NCBI GenBank assembly: GCA_951406725.2
Contig: OX597824.1
Coordinates: 71,424,001-71,488,000 of the forward strand
DNA: 64,000 bases
From: Octopus vulgaris
Lineage: Eukaryota
Direction of reading: 5' to 3'
A model generated the notes under the pieces. It saw only the letters and a program-made list of their open reading frames with translations. It did no database searches and was not told where the DNA came from. Below are positions 1-12,552 of this stretch, one piece after another (the first letter of the stretch is position 1; each line of letters begins with the position of its first letter). A program made the translations under genes and the position numbers.

Positions 1-153
1 CACATAAAAGCACCTGTGTGCTGCATATGTATGTATTTCATCAGAAGCATATGTATGCATATACATATATGTGTGTGTGGCATATGTATGTATATATATA
101 TATATATTTATATATATATTTATATATATATATGTGTGTATATATATATATAG

Positions 154-345
154 TTAATCCAAACAAGAAAGCACAAAAAAACACAACAACGTGAGGACAT
201 CATCATCGAGGAACAAATATAGTATTATTGGACGCTCAGGTAGAAGGAAAGAAGGAGGGTTTAACGTTTCGAGCGGGGCTCTTCGTCGGAAACATAGGAG
301 AAGGAAAGATCCAGAGAAGGGAAGACAGAGGAAAAAAAATCGCCA
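154..345 (-). mobile_element. Penelope-like/retrozyme-type non-autonomous fragment carrying a hammerhead
   Basis: Homologous in reverse orientation to 36222-36357. It is bracketed by a 20-bp direct repeat TATGTATTTCATCAGAAGCA at 30-49 and 352-371. Confidence 0.6.
259..293 (-). ncRNA. Minimal (dimer-type) hammerhead ribozyme motif, U4C variant
   Basis: GUUU-CCGACGA-A-GAGC(CCC)GCUC-GAAA-CG-UU-AAAC: stems I and II pair and the stem III remnant AACGUU is palindromic. Confidence 0.7.
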
Positions 346-599
346 TATATATATGTATTTCATCAGAAGCAATAATTACAGGACTCAATACAAATGTAGA
401 GTATTCTTTATTACATTATAAATGAAAGGCTCTGATTTCCAGCACTCAGAGTTGTTTGTTTCTGATCATCAACTGGTAAACTGAACATGGTTTTCTTTTG
501 AATTTCCATTGCCTGAATATTTTTTGAAATATGAATTGAAAGTTTAAAGGAAATACTTATCTTGTTTTCCTGTTTAAAAGCTTTTGTGAACGATGCTTG

Positions 600-880
600 A
601 AAAACGATGCGGTCGGAGGATTGTGGTTTCAATTCCCAGACTGGGCGTTTTGTGTGTTTATTGAGCGAAAACACCTAAAAGCTCCACAAGGCTCTGGCAG
701 GGGTTGGTGGCGACCCCTGTTGTACTCTTTTGCCCCAACTTTCTTTCACTCTCTCTTCCTGTTTCTTGACTAACACTGCAATGGACTGGTGTCCCATCCA
801 GCTGGGGGGAACACATACACAACTGAAACCGGGAAACCAGGCCCATGAGCCTAGCTAGGCTTGAAAAGGGCGCAATTAAA
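600..880 (+). mobile_element. tRNA-derived SINE with a Meta/V-type conserved box
   Basis: B-box-like ggtttcaattcc, internal CTGCAATGGACTGGTGTCCCATCCAG motif, A-rich tail. Confidence 0.55.
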
Positions 881-888
881 TAAATTAA

Positions 889-921
<33 letters not shown>

Positions 922-1022
922 CGTATGTATATATATACACACACACACATACTCATAGTGTACTGTTCTGTGATGGTAAGATCAACAAAAAAAACCCACT
1001 CTATCTGATGAGAGATAAATAT

Positions 1023-1201
1023 TATTTAATAAACACAATGTTTTTATGTGTTACTATTAGTTTCATGTGCTGAGAACATGCCAAACATTGTTTTGTGATT
1101 GTGCTAGGATATGTGACATGTTATAAAACAATGTTTGACATGTTCTCAGCACATGAAACTAACAGTAGTACATAAAAACATATATTGTGTTTATTAAATA
1201 T
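1023..1201. repeat. Near-perfect fold-back palindrome (MITE-like), ~75-bp arms
   Basis: ttagtttcatgtgctgagaacatgccaaacattgtttt pairs with aaaacaatgtttgacatgttctcagcacatgaaactaa. Confidence 0.9.
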
Positions 1202-2149
1202 TATCAAATAACGTGTGTGTGTGTGTGCGTGTGTGCGTGCGTGTAAATGTGATATGAGAGACCTGACATCTTGCTGTATTCAAAAAGACCCATCCTCTAA
1301 AGCCGAAGTGTTAAGGTCGATCCTCTGGTGGAGAGGATTGGTCTGCAAGAGTCCTGTGCTGGTGCCATGTAAAAAGCACTTGTGCTGGTGGCACATTAAA
1401 ATCACCCAGCACACTCTGTAAAGTGGTTAGTGTCAGGAAGGACATCCAGCTGTTGAAACCAAGCCGAATCAGACTGAAACCTGGTGCAGCTTGCCAGCTC
1501 TGGTCAAACCATTCAGCTCACGCCAGCATGGAAAACAGATGTTAAAGGATGATGGTGACGGCGATGTATGTATACACACACACTGCACAAGTACATAAGT
1601 GTTAAGAAAAAAAAAAGAAAACAGATCTCTCAGTACATATTATTTTTCTATTAGATGCTGAATTTCACATTATTACTACAGATATTTTGTTTCCAATCTA
1701 TGGCGATTGGAAATGAGAATTTCGGAATAATATTTTGAAAAGACTTAGGTTATAATAAAGCATGCATGCGCGCATGCACACCCACACACACACACACATA
1801 CGCACTTGCTGAAATTCTCTCGAAGCGTTAGTGCACTAGACAAAATGTTTAAAGCATTCTGTCTGTCTTTGTGTTCAAATTCTGCCAGAGTCAACTTTGC
1901 CTTTCATCCTTTTGGGGTTGATAAAATAAGTACCAGTTGAGGACTGGGAGCAATGTAATTGACTTACATCTCACCTGCTCACAAAATTGCTGGCCTTGTT
2001 TAAAAATTTGAAACCATCAAAAATATTAATACGCTAATTTTTTGTATGTACTTGTGTGCATCACACTTACTTCAAAGAAGTAGCAAAGTGAGAGAGAGGA
2101 AGTAAGTGAGAGAGAGTGACAGAGAAAAGGAGAATGAGAGAGAAAGAGA

Positions 2150-2380
2150 GAGAGAGAGTGAAAGAGACAGTGAGTGGTGACAGTGTTCGTTTTGTGATTT
2201 CAAATGTTTCAGAGAGGACATAAGAAAGAAAAAGAGAGAGAGTGAAAGAGACAGTGAGTCGTGACAGCATTTGTTTTGTGTTTTTAAATGTTTCAGAGAG
2301 GATGTAAGAGAGAAAGAAAGAGAGAGAGTGAAAGAGACAGTGGGTGGTGACGGCATTTGTTTTGTGTTTTTAAATGTTTA
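2150..2380 (+). repeat. Tandem minisatellite, ~3 units of ~83 bp
   Basis: Repeated gagagtgaaagagacagtg...gtgac...ttttgtg...aaatgttt. Confidence 0.85.
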
Positions 2381-3150
2381 TCACATCGCAAGAGAAGTAG
2401 ATTCATAGATACATATACACATTGTTAAATCAAAAACAGGAGACAAGAGGGACACAAAGGATGTGAAAGTGAGAGAGACAGTAAATACATGAATCCAAAG
2501 AAAAGTTCATACACAGATACATACACACAGCAAATATTGGATGTCAGTTTCACTTTTCATTGCCACACGAGGATAAAATTAACTCACAAATGGCTGAGTA
2601 CTCCACAGACATGCATAACATTAATGTAGTTCTCAGGGAGATTCAGCCTCACACAGAATATGACAAGGATGGCCCCTTTGAATTACAGCTACAATTCAAG
2701 ACATATATATATATGAATGTGGATATGTATTTGAATGTGCCAGTGGCACGTAAAAAGCACCCACTACACTCTTGGAGTGGTTGGCGTCTGGAAGGGCATC
2801 CAGCTTTAGAAACTGCCAGATCAAGATTGGAGCCTGGTGCAGCCATCTGGTTTGCCAGCCCTCAGTCAAAATCGTCCAACCCATGCTAGCATGGAAAGCG
2901 GATGTTAAACAATGATGATGATGATGTATTTGTGTGTGCATATAGTTTAAGTTAGTTAAAACATATTTGCAATAATAAGTGTTGCGTGGTGGAAATAAAC
3001 GCAATTACCAAGCTTTCATTCATAAATCCATTTATCATTTTGTTTTTTTTGCATTTCAATTTGTACATTAAAATTCTTTGAATATATACAATGTATTTTA
3101 AGGTTAAATATTAATTCTGTTTATGTTTGTGTAATTGAGATATTTTGTAC

Positions 3151-3448
3151 ATTATTTACATTTGATGGATATTTGTCCTCATCTTGTTTGTTGTTATCAC
3201 GTTTTGGCTGATGTACCCTTCAGCCTTCATGAGGTGTCTTTGGGAAATTTCGAGCCTGGGTTCTCATTCCTAAGGTATTTTTCGATGTTATAATAATAAT
3301 AATAACAACATCGAAAAATACCTTAGGAATGAGAACCCAGGTTTGAAATTTCCCCAAGACACCTGATGATGGCTAGAGAGTATATCAGTCGAAATATTGT
3401 GTTAACAACAAACAAGATGAGGACAAATATCCATCAAATGTACATAAT
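3151..3448. repeat. ~300-bp palindrome of two inverted Penelope-like termini around a (TAA)n loop
   Basis: Arms of ~140 bp are reverse complements (ctgggttctcattcctaaggtatttttcgatgtt / aacatcgaaaaataccttaggaatgagaacccag). Each arm carries a hammerhead motif. Confidence 0.9.
3358..3403 (+). ncRNA. Minimal hammerhead ribozyme motif, intact core
   Basis: GACAC-CUGAUGA-U-GGCU(12 nt)AGUC-GAAA-UA-UU-GUGUU: 5-bp stem I, 4-bp stem II, palindromic AAUAUU stem III. Confidence 0.75.
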
Positions 3449-4499
3449 TCCTCATCTCTTGAATATAGAACTGAGATATATTGGTTGGATTATATAGTCA
3501 TTGGTGTTACATTATTTTTCATGTTCTGTAACTGTCACAATATACTTTTCTAGTCCTGAATTTTTTGTGGGGAGGGGCCAGTTGATTAGATCAACTCCAG
3601 TACACAACTGATACTTAATTTATTGACCCCAAAAGGACGAAAGGCAAAGTTGATCTCAGCAGAATTTGAACTTAAAACATAAAGACAGATGGTCATAATA
3701 TACAAATATTTCTCATGGCACCAGTGCACTGTTTACAAATGCTTACATTCTTTATGTTTTCCGTGAATTTTTCACGGGTCCAGCTAATTATTATCATTAT
3801 TATAATCATGAAAGAAGTTATTATCATAGAAATATCCTTATAATTTAAGTATCATTTTGTTGGGATAATTATAATAATTATTTTTTTATACCAAAGTGAG
3901 CAACATAAAGCAATTGAAATCAATTGAGTATTTGTTTTCCAAGGACAAATCTTTAGCTTAAAACAAAACAGGATGTTGAAAGGCGGAGCATATAATTTTT
4001 CCTTTTTAAAAATGAGAATAAAACATAAAAGGAAAAAGAAAGAAACAACAAACACTGACTGAGAAACATGAAAATAACAACAAAAAACAAAACTAAAAGA
4101 CAGCAAATATTATTTTATAATGGTTTTTGATATGTTGTAGTTGGGCAGAGTAAATACACATGTATCTGTCTGTGGTAAATACCTCCTCCTTATCTGAAGC
4201 TTCAATCTTGTGTTTTTAGATTAGGCTTTTTATATTATACAGTTCTACTGCACTGCTCAAGCATATTTTCATGGTTGTGGAGAATCCAATAGCTCTATTT
4301 ATTCCATATGTGTGCATTGAAAGATTTCTTTGCTTCAGGTATCCTACCATATATTAAGCCTAGTGAATTTCATATTTGCTAACCTAATGTCTGATGATGT
4401 AATTGTTCAGAAGTGTTTTCAGTAATAATGATAACCAAGGCATTGGGGATCCTCTGCATGATTGTTTAATCTGCTAGAAACAGTAACCATATAACAGGA

Positions 4500-5170
4500 T
4501 CACGTGACCAAGTACTTGGTAGGTGTGATCTCTTGCCTAAACCAAAGCCAGCTTTGAAAATGACCAAATGCACCATGTGGTTGATCCACCTACCTTGTAT
4601 TGATCTTGGCCAAAGGCAGTGACAGTAGCACCAAGGTACTTAAATTAACTTTTTCCAGAATCATGCCATTGAGTATGAGGGGGGACCGTTTCAGAGAATG
4701 AGATGCTAGCTGATAGAATATCAGTCTTAGTCTTAAAGACGGCGAGCTGGCAGAAATGTTAGCACACCGGGTGAAATGCTTAGCGGTATTTCGTCTGCTG
4801 TTATGTTCTGAGTTCAAATTCCGCCGAGGTCGACTTTGCCTTTCATCCTTTTGGGGTCGATAAAGTAAGTACCAGTTAAGCACTGGGATCGATGTAATTG
4901 ACTTAATCCGTTTGTCCTTGTTTGTCCCCTCTATGTTTAACCCCTTGTGGGCAATAAAAAAATAAGAATATCAGTCTTAGCTGAGATTATTTTCAAGTTA
5001 ATTTACAACACATGTACACTGATGTGTTCAACAGCTGATTAGATATTTACATAGTCAGCACTATTTATTGCAAGGTCATCAGCATAACTGAGGTCAATGA
5101 TGGCGAAATCTCGTTCCAGAATAGTTTCTTAAAGAATCAACCAGCATTTGTGCCACAGTGCAGTAGTAGA
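4500..5170 (-). pseudogene. Old non-LTR (RTE-like) reverse transcriptase fragment interrupted by a SINE
   Basis: The - strand reads IIDLSYADDLAI near 5085-5120 and KYLGA near 4630-4645. Confidence 0.55.
4731..4964 (+). mobile_element. Full-length tRNA-derived Nin/Deu-domain SINE with 16-bp target site duplication
   Basis: B box GAGTTCAAATT, Nin-type GCCTTTCATCCTTTTGGGGTCGATAAA, and TSD AGAATATCAGTCTTAG at 4715-4730 and 4965-4980. Other copies at ~1805, 3555, 5430, 27025, 42848, 48930 and 52225. Confidence 0.85.
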
Positions 5171-6477
5171 GTACATTCATAATCATAATGGTTGAATATT
5201 GTGGAACTTGTGCTTACATCTAACAACATCCCCTCTTACATAGATGATGCAGTTCTTCATTCTCTCCAGCCTTCCACACTTAAGTGTCATCCACATACAA
5301 CATAGACACCCACACAAAACCTTCTCTGACTCCATGAACCAAGAACTCAAAAACATTTTCCAATAGAACTTTACCAATTTTCTATCCTTCAACAGCACAA
5401 AAACACACTCACTACCTGTATTCTTTCTACTATTAGCACAGGGCCTGAAATTTTAGGGGAAGGCATTAGTCAATTACATCAACCACAGTGTTTGACAGGT
5501 CCTCATTTTATCGACTTTAAAACGAATGAAAGACAAAGTTGGCCTTGATGGAATTTGAACTCAGTGTAAAAAAGCCAGAAGAATTACTTCAAAGCATTTT
5601 GTCCAACATGCTAATGATTCTGCCAGCTTGCCACCTTACACTCACAACCTATAATAACAAACGTTTCTACTGTTACTACTGGGTCTCACTTCCTCAGACA
5701 TTGTTGGGTCTGTGACACCGCTACTCACTTACCTATGACTTTTCCATCTCTCCTCTTGTCATTCATATCATCCACCCTGCTTACAACTATATTCTGTTCT
5801 TTCACCCCAGAATGTTAATCTTCTTGAAATCCCCGTCTGTGTTTTTTCCTGCTGCTGTTTGCTCACAACTTAAGAAGAACATTATCCACATCAATCCCTC
5901 CAGTATTGAAGGATCAGTGTAGGCCATATTCATAACAATCCCATTTTCTAGAACAAACCAATGAAAAGCAAAAACAGGCCATTGGCATATCAGCTGGCAG
6001 CTACACATCATTGGGGCATATTCTGGCATATGAGCCATCTCTTGTAGAATATTCATGGCAGTGAATTGGCAGAGTCATCAGTGCATCAAGCAGAATACCT
6101 TGTGGTATTTATTCTAGCACCTTGCATTCTAAGTTCAAATCCTATTGAGACCAGCTTAACTTTTCATCCTTCTTAAGATGTATCTGTCATGTACGGTGGA
6201 CTGTTGGAATTGTTAGAGTGTTTGCCAAGATACCACTCGCTGTTTTTTTTTTTTCTGGCTGTTTCAAATTCTGCCATGACCTACTTTGTTGGTGGACCTA
6301 ATCTGTCTCCCAGTTTAACAACACCATTTTGTCCTTAAATGCCTTTTAGCAAAGTCCACTGTGCTGTAAGAATTCAGCCCAGACCAAGTCTTTCCTGGCC
6401 AGTCTCAGAGGCCCCTTAAAGGATCATGGGCACTACCCTTTCCACCTGATGGAGAGATGATGATAATAATAATAATA

Positions 6478-7740
6478 ATCCTTTCTACTAAAGGTACAAG
6501 GTCTGAAATTTTGTGGGAGGGGACTATTTGATTACATCAGCCCCAGTGTTTCACTGGTACTTAATTTATCGACCCTGAAAGGATGAAAAGCAAAGTCAAC
6601 CTCGTTGGAAATCCTTTCTAGAATGGGCACAAGGACTGAAATTTTTTTTGGGAGGTGGGGGTAACTGATTACATGGTAACTGGTTTATTGAACCTGAAAG
6701 GGGTGAAAGACAAAGTCAACTTTGGCAGAATTTTAATTTTGAATATAAAGCCAATTATTTTGTCTGGCATGGTAGTGATTCTGCCAGTTTGCCATTTTTT
6801 ATGATAATAATAGATGCATGTGCCTAGAGTACCTTTATCAGATAGGTAGTATTGATAGATATATTGGGGTTTCATATATTTGTATCCCACCATCACTTTG
6901 ATAGTGTGTGCTGTTCTCTCAATAATAATAATAATGATTTCAAATTTTTCCACAAGGGCAGCAATTTTGGAGGAGGGGATGAGTCGATTACATTGACCCC
7001 AGTGTTTCACTGGTACTTATTTTATTGACTCTGAAAGGATGAAACCGTGGCAGAATTTGAACTTAGAACATACCAATGGGTGAAATACCATTAAGCATTT
7101 TGTCCAGTGCGCTAACGATTCTTATTTCTTAATTGCCCACAAGGGGCTAAACCATAGAGGGGACAAACAAGGACAGACAAAGGAATTAAGTTGATTACAT
7201 CGATCCCAGTGCGTAACTGGTACTTAATTTATCGACCCTGAAAGGATGAAAGGCAAAGTCGACCTTGGCGGAATTTGAACTCAGAACATAACAGCAGACA
7301 AAATACTGCTAAGCATTTTGCCCGGTGCGCTACTGATTCTGCTAGCTCGCCACCTTTGTAATAATAATGATGATGATGATAATAAAGATTTCAAATTTTG
7401 CCACATGGGCAGCAATTTTGGGGGAGGGGGTTAGTTGATTACATCGACCCCAGTGTTCAACTTGTACTTATTTTATTGACCATGAAAGAATGAAAGGCAA
7501 AGTCAACCTCAGTGGAATTAATAATAATAATGATAATAATAATAATAATAATAATCCTTTCTGCTGGAAGCACAAGGCCTCAAATTTGTGGGAAGGGATT
7601 AAGTCGATTACATCGACCCCAGTACATAACTGGTTCTTAATTTATCGACCCTGAAAGGCAACTCAGAGCGTAGCAGCAAATAAAATACTGCTTAGCATTT
7701 TGCCTGGCATGCTAACAATTCTGCCAGCTCGCCGCCTTGA
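6478..7740 (-). mobile_element. Cluster of about six co-oriented Nin-domain SINE copies separated by (AAT)n
   Basis: Repeated gattacatcgaccccagt...ttatcgaccctgaaaggatgaaaggcaaagtc blocks at ~6530, 6670, 6985, 7195, 7437 and 7606. Confidence 0.85.
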
Positions 7741-8009
7741 GTTCACTAAATCAACTATGTAGCTGTATCAATGTGAAAGCAAATTAACATTAAGGTACAG
7801 CCTGTGGTTAGTAGATATCATCAAATGTAGTACTTGACTGGTGCTGTGCGGGTGGCACGTAAAAAGCACCCACTACACTCACGGAGTGGTTGGAAGGGCA
7901 TCCAGCCGTAGAAACACTGCCAGATCTGACTGGGCCTGATGAAGCCTTCCAGCTTCACAGACCCCAGTTGAACCGTCCAACCCATGCTAGCATGGAGAAC
8001 GGACGCTAA

Positions 8010-8040
<31 letters not shown>

Positions 8041-8265
8041 CTCCGAAAGGATGAAAAGTGAATTTTAGCAGGATTTGAAGTGAGAATGTAAAAGGCCAAA
8101 AGAAATACTACAAGGCATTTGGTTTGATGCTCTAATGATTGTACCAATGTAATGCTTTTATAATTTCTGTACATTCTCAAATAATGATTAGAGTAGGTGT
8201 ACACTAGTTAGCAGACATAATTAGCATATTTTAGAGAATTAATTGCCCAAAAATGCCATCAATAT

Positions 8266-8572
8266 GAAAAACAATAGTTCAGTTAGTGTTAACATATGTC
8301 ATGTTATGAACATTAAAAAAGAGCTAATTACAAATAATTATGTAGTGAGAAAAAGACAATATTAGTTATTAACTTATATTATTTTAATTAATATGTCTGA
8401 TAACATAGGAAAATACTTGGAGTTGTCCCCCATACTTGCTGAAATAATTAAGTAACTAAAATAATATTTGATATTGACTAACATTGTCTTTTCATTGTCA
8501 CATAATTATTCTTAATTACCTTTTTAATGAGCACTAAATTAAATTTGTTAACACTAACTTAACTGTTTGTTT
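8266..8572. repeat. Degenerate AT-rich fold-back element (MITE-like), arms >100 bp
   Basis: aaaacaatagttcagttagtgttaaca vs tgttaacactaacttaactgtttgtttt, and aataattatgt...aaaagacaat vs attgtctttt...acataattatt. Confidence 0.75.
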
Positions 8573-9612
8573 TGGAAGTGGATGCAACCGGCACTCTGTA
8601 AAGTAATTGGTGAACAAGCAGAAGTCATGTAGAGTTGAAAAGAGAAAGATATTTGGGCAGACGTGTTGAATATGTACCCCCTCCTTTTTTAAAATTTTAT
8701 TTTGTTAAATTTTTTTTTTTTAATCATATGTCTTCAACACCAAAGATAACGATTTTGCACAAATAGCAGTTTTTCATAATCCTCTCCTACAACTCCTGCC
8801 CACAAATTATTTGTTTATGAAGATTTTAAAATTTCTCCCCTCATTTCCACATTTGTATATATTTATCAAACCAGCTAGTGAAATGACAAAGGTCTTAATA
8901 TGGTCACACAAATTTGCAGGAAATAACAGCCAAATCTCTGAAGAATAATTTTTCCCAAAATGTCAATGTTTTTTAAAATCAACCCTACCCTTAGCTTTTG
9001 GAATAGCATCTGCTATGCATGTGGAAATGCCTGTCAAACCCAGCAAACAATGAAAGAGGCTTCAATGTAGTTGCTTATCATGCTAGAAATAACAGCCAAA
9101 AATTTAACTTTTTTAAATCACTCTCACTTCTTCCAGCTTTCAGAATAACAACACCTATTTATAGAAATAAGGGTTGAATCCACTCCTTCCCTAACCAAAT
9201 TACATGTTGTAAAGATTGAAAAGGGTGTGGACAAATCATCATGTAAAAAAAAGAAATTTGTAACATTCATAATATACTTATCCAGTACCATAGCAACAAA
9301 GAAACTTGTAGTGTGTTTACAGTGTTTCTCAGGAATGCGAATGTGATCAAACCCTTTTTGCTTTTTGCCTCAAACTTGTTAACTCCATATTTGCTGTACT
9401 GCTTTCTAGCTGGCATCATTTAATTAATCTACTGTTGCTTTGTTGGCATTTTTCTTCTTCATTTCAGGGTCTTCGGCATAAATTACTTTTTGAGAATAAT
9501 TTAATCTTTGAAAAAATTGAATTTTTTGTACATATTATACTTTTTTGGTTATATCTCAATAAAATTATAGTATATTTTTGCTGTAAAAAGCATTGCCTAT
9601 AAAAAGAGTGGA

Positions 9613-10614
9613 CTAGCAAGAAAAATGCAGGTGCAGAAGTGATATTATTCTTATTTATTTGAACCTGGACAAATACAGAACAAGAAATGGAAGCTTAAAA
9701 AATTGCACCTGAAGTTAGAATTGAAATTTTAAAAGTATGTTGTTTTTAGTTTCATTCAAATGTAAAAGTATACACCTTTTTAAATTCTAAACACACCTTC
9801 CTTGAAGAAAATTCTATTTGAAACTTCCTGTTTTAATACCCTATTAAATATGGTGGATGATAGCAGCAGGTTGAAGCACTTGTTTATGATGGAGATGTAG
9901 CTCTTGTCTTTCACTTTAAACATGCTAAGTTACCTTCCAAATATAGTTGAGCTGGCATTTAGACATTCAGAAATATGAGTTCATCTTAAAGGAAAAAGTA
10001 ACAAGGATGCACTTTAACTTGCCTAGTAACAGAGAAATAGGCAGTAGTATCTTGTCAACTTCGAAATAATGAGAGATAAATGGTGTGGTAGACTGTTTGT
10101 TGGTGTCTACCTTCCTCTACTAAGAAATGAAAATTTATCTGCACTATAAACAAAAGATTGGAAAGCCATGCATATGAAGCCCTCTAGAAATTCAAAGCTC
10201 TTAGTTCTTGATATCCAGAAACTCTTACCATTCCAAAACACATATTTTATATAAAGATTGACCAACAAACTTCCTTTCCCACAAATGCAAAACCTTTATT
10301 TTCCACACATTCAGCATTAAACCTTTGGGTATGATCTCAGTTAGACATGTACATGAGAGGGTGCAATAGGGAAAAGAAACTGGTCCTTCAAATCTACCAA
10401 ATTGCCAATATGCTGCCCAAGTATACATAATTTTGTTTAACTTTAAATCTTTGCCCTACTTTCTCCATCAAAAAGGGCATGCTTTTTAAATGCCTAATTT
10501 TAACTTCAGCTGCAATATTTTAAAGCTTCCACTTCCTGTCCTGTACTTTTTCAAGTTCAGTTAATTGATAATATTGTCCCTTATGCACCCATATCTTTAC
10601 ATTTTTCCTGCTAG
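9613..10614. mobile_element. Old ~1-kb non-autonomous DNA transposon with ~110-bp degenerate terminal inverted repeats
   Basis: CTAGCAAGAAAAATG ... CATTTTTCCTGCTAG at the ends. Segment 9660-9722 is the reverse complement of 10496-10560. Confidence 0.65.
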
Positions 10615-12068
10615 AACACACACACACGCATGTGTGTATGTATTTGAACCTTAATGCATCTGCTGCACTTGGGACATTTGGAAACTAGATTCTCTCAAAT
10701 GTCCAGGTGGCTGCCTAGTAGTAATTGTAGGAGTTGATAGCTTTTGTTATTGCAGTGATCTAATTAGCAGTGGGATTGGGGTGTGTTCCAAAAGTGTGAG
10801 ATCCAGGATCTGATGTTGATTGACAATACATGGTGCAGCTAAAGACCTGACCTCCTGCAGCAGCCTGCTATAATTTGAGGGTATAGAATAAGCTGTAGGC
10901 CTATATTGAGACAAAAGCATTTGACCTGTGCATACTAAATCCCCCACTCTCTCTATATATATCATACATTTTCTGCATCTCACTGCCATTTTTTTCCCTA
11001 TACACTGTATGATGTTACCTGACCTATGCATGCTGAATCTCCCTACCTCTACTACTCATATCCTGCTACATCCTCTGACCTGAATCATGATGCTTGAGTG
11101 GGGAAAAGAAGGATTGTACTCTTGCAACCTCTACACACACTCCCTGAGTCTTCTGTTACTAAGCTGCCTTCTATCACCTTCCTAGGCATGTTACTTTGAG
11201 AGTGTGCTCTGGTTCCTCCTTGTCTCATCTGCTGTTAATCTCTCCACTACTAATCCCTCTCAACGATAAATCTGTTCTATTCTGCATGTGTAATTTCTCT
11301 AATCAACTTACCTAAAGTCATCACTCTTCCTGTATAATACTGTAACTTCTTCCAGCACCTCACTGAAAGTCATCACTAAAGCCATCTTTCTCCTATCTCT
11401 TATGCGCTTTCAGTGTTTGAGTCTTTACAAGGCTATCTCACTATTGCTGGTAGCATGAAAAAAGCTCCTGGCACACTCTGTGTAAAGAAGTTAATGAACT
11501 GCAGAGAAAAAAAAATGTTGGGTTTGAAAGGACTTTTTTTTGTTTGTTTTGCTGAGAGTAAGATAACCTCTGTAGTGCAGGTACCAGAAAAAGGTGCACC
11601 CACTATACTTTGTAAACTGGTTGGTGCTAATAAGGGTACTCAGCCATAGAAACTAAGGCAAAACTAAGATAGTGGATCCTGTTGAACTGTTCAACTCATG
11701 CTAGCATAAGGAAGGTGGACATAAAATGATGAATGGGAATGCTAATGATCACACTGTATGTGTGTGTGTGTGTATTTTATGAATTTTTATTTTGCAAGAT
11801 TCCTGATGTGAAATCGTGTGTTGAAACAGATATTGTTATATTTCGGGATGATCATTTTTTTCTGTTACCAAATAAACACATGCATTAAATATTTGTTCTC
11901 CACTTGTTTATTATTGTTCTTATTTTATTTTATGTCCATTGTCTGGAAGTCTTTCGTCACACATCTGTGACCTCTTTAGTGACACTTTCCATTCATGTGT
12001 ATCCTGTTCCACCTAGTCCTGTGATGTGTATCCTTATCTGTGCATGCATTTGCATCTGTGTGTGTGTG

Positions 12069-12134
<66 letters not shown>

Positions 12135-12492
12135 TGATTCAATTTGTCCTTAGTCGAAAGACACCTGTTGTTATGTCTTGTTATTATTTTTATTGTATTT
12201 ATTTGTGTAACTTTGTCCGTTTTTTCTGTAATTGTTTATGTATACATTCGCTGCTTTCTTCCAAGGAATCTAATGCTCTTAACTTAGTTTTTCCTTGGGG
12301 TTGGCCAGATTGGAGCAATCTCAAGAATAATCAGCCGAAATTGCGACGTTAATCTGGTGCTTGACTGAAGATAAAGGGCTTCGAATGACCCGTCCTTGTT
12401 TTTTTGTATCGTCTATTTGGATGTTTTGTTGTCTCTTTTTGTATCACCTAGCTGTCTGGATGTTTTGCGTTCTTGTCCCATTTTGTATTTAT

Positions 12493-12552
<60 letters not shown>

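Noticed and set aside
411-512. Possible - strand terminal exon AMEIQKKTMFSLPVDDQKQTTLSAGNQSLSFIM* followed by AATAAA
   Set aside because: Weak polypyrimidine tract and no recognisable homology, so it cannot be supported.
2150-2380. Regularly spaced repeats as a CRISPR-like array
   Set aside because: Whole units repeat with no unique spacers, the context is eukaryotic, and there are no cas genes.
10225-10428. - strand ORF ending at a GTAAGA donor-like site
   Set aside because: It lies inside the 9613-10614 inverted-repeat element and has no acceptor or homology.
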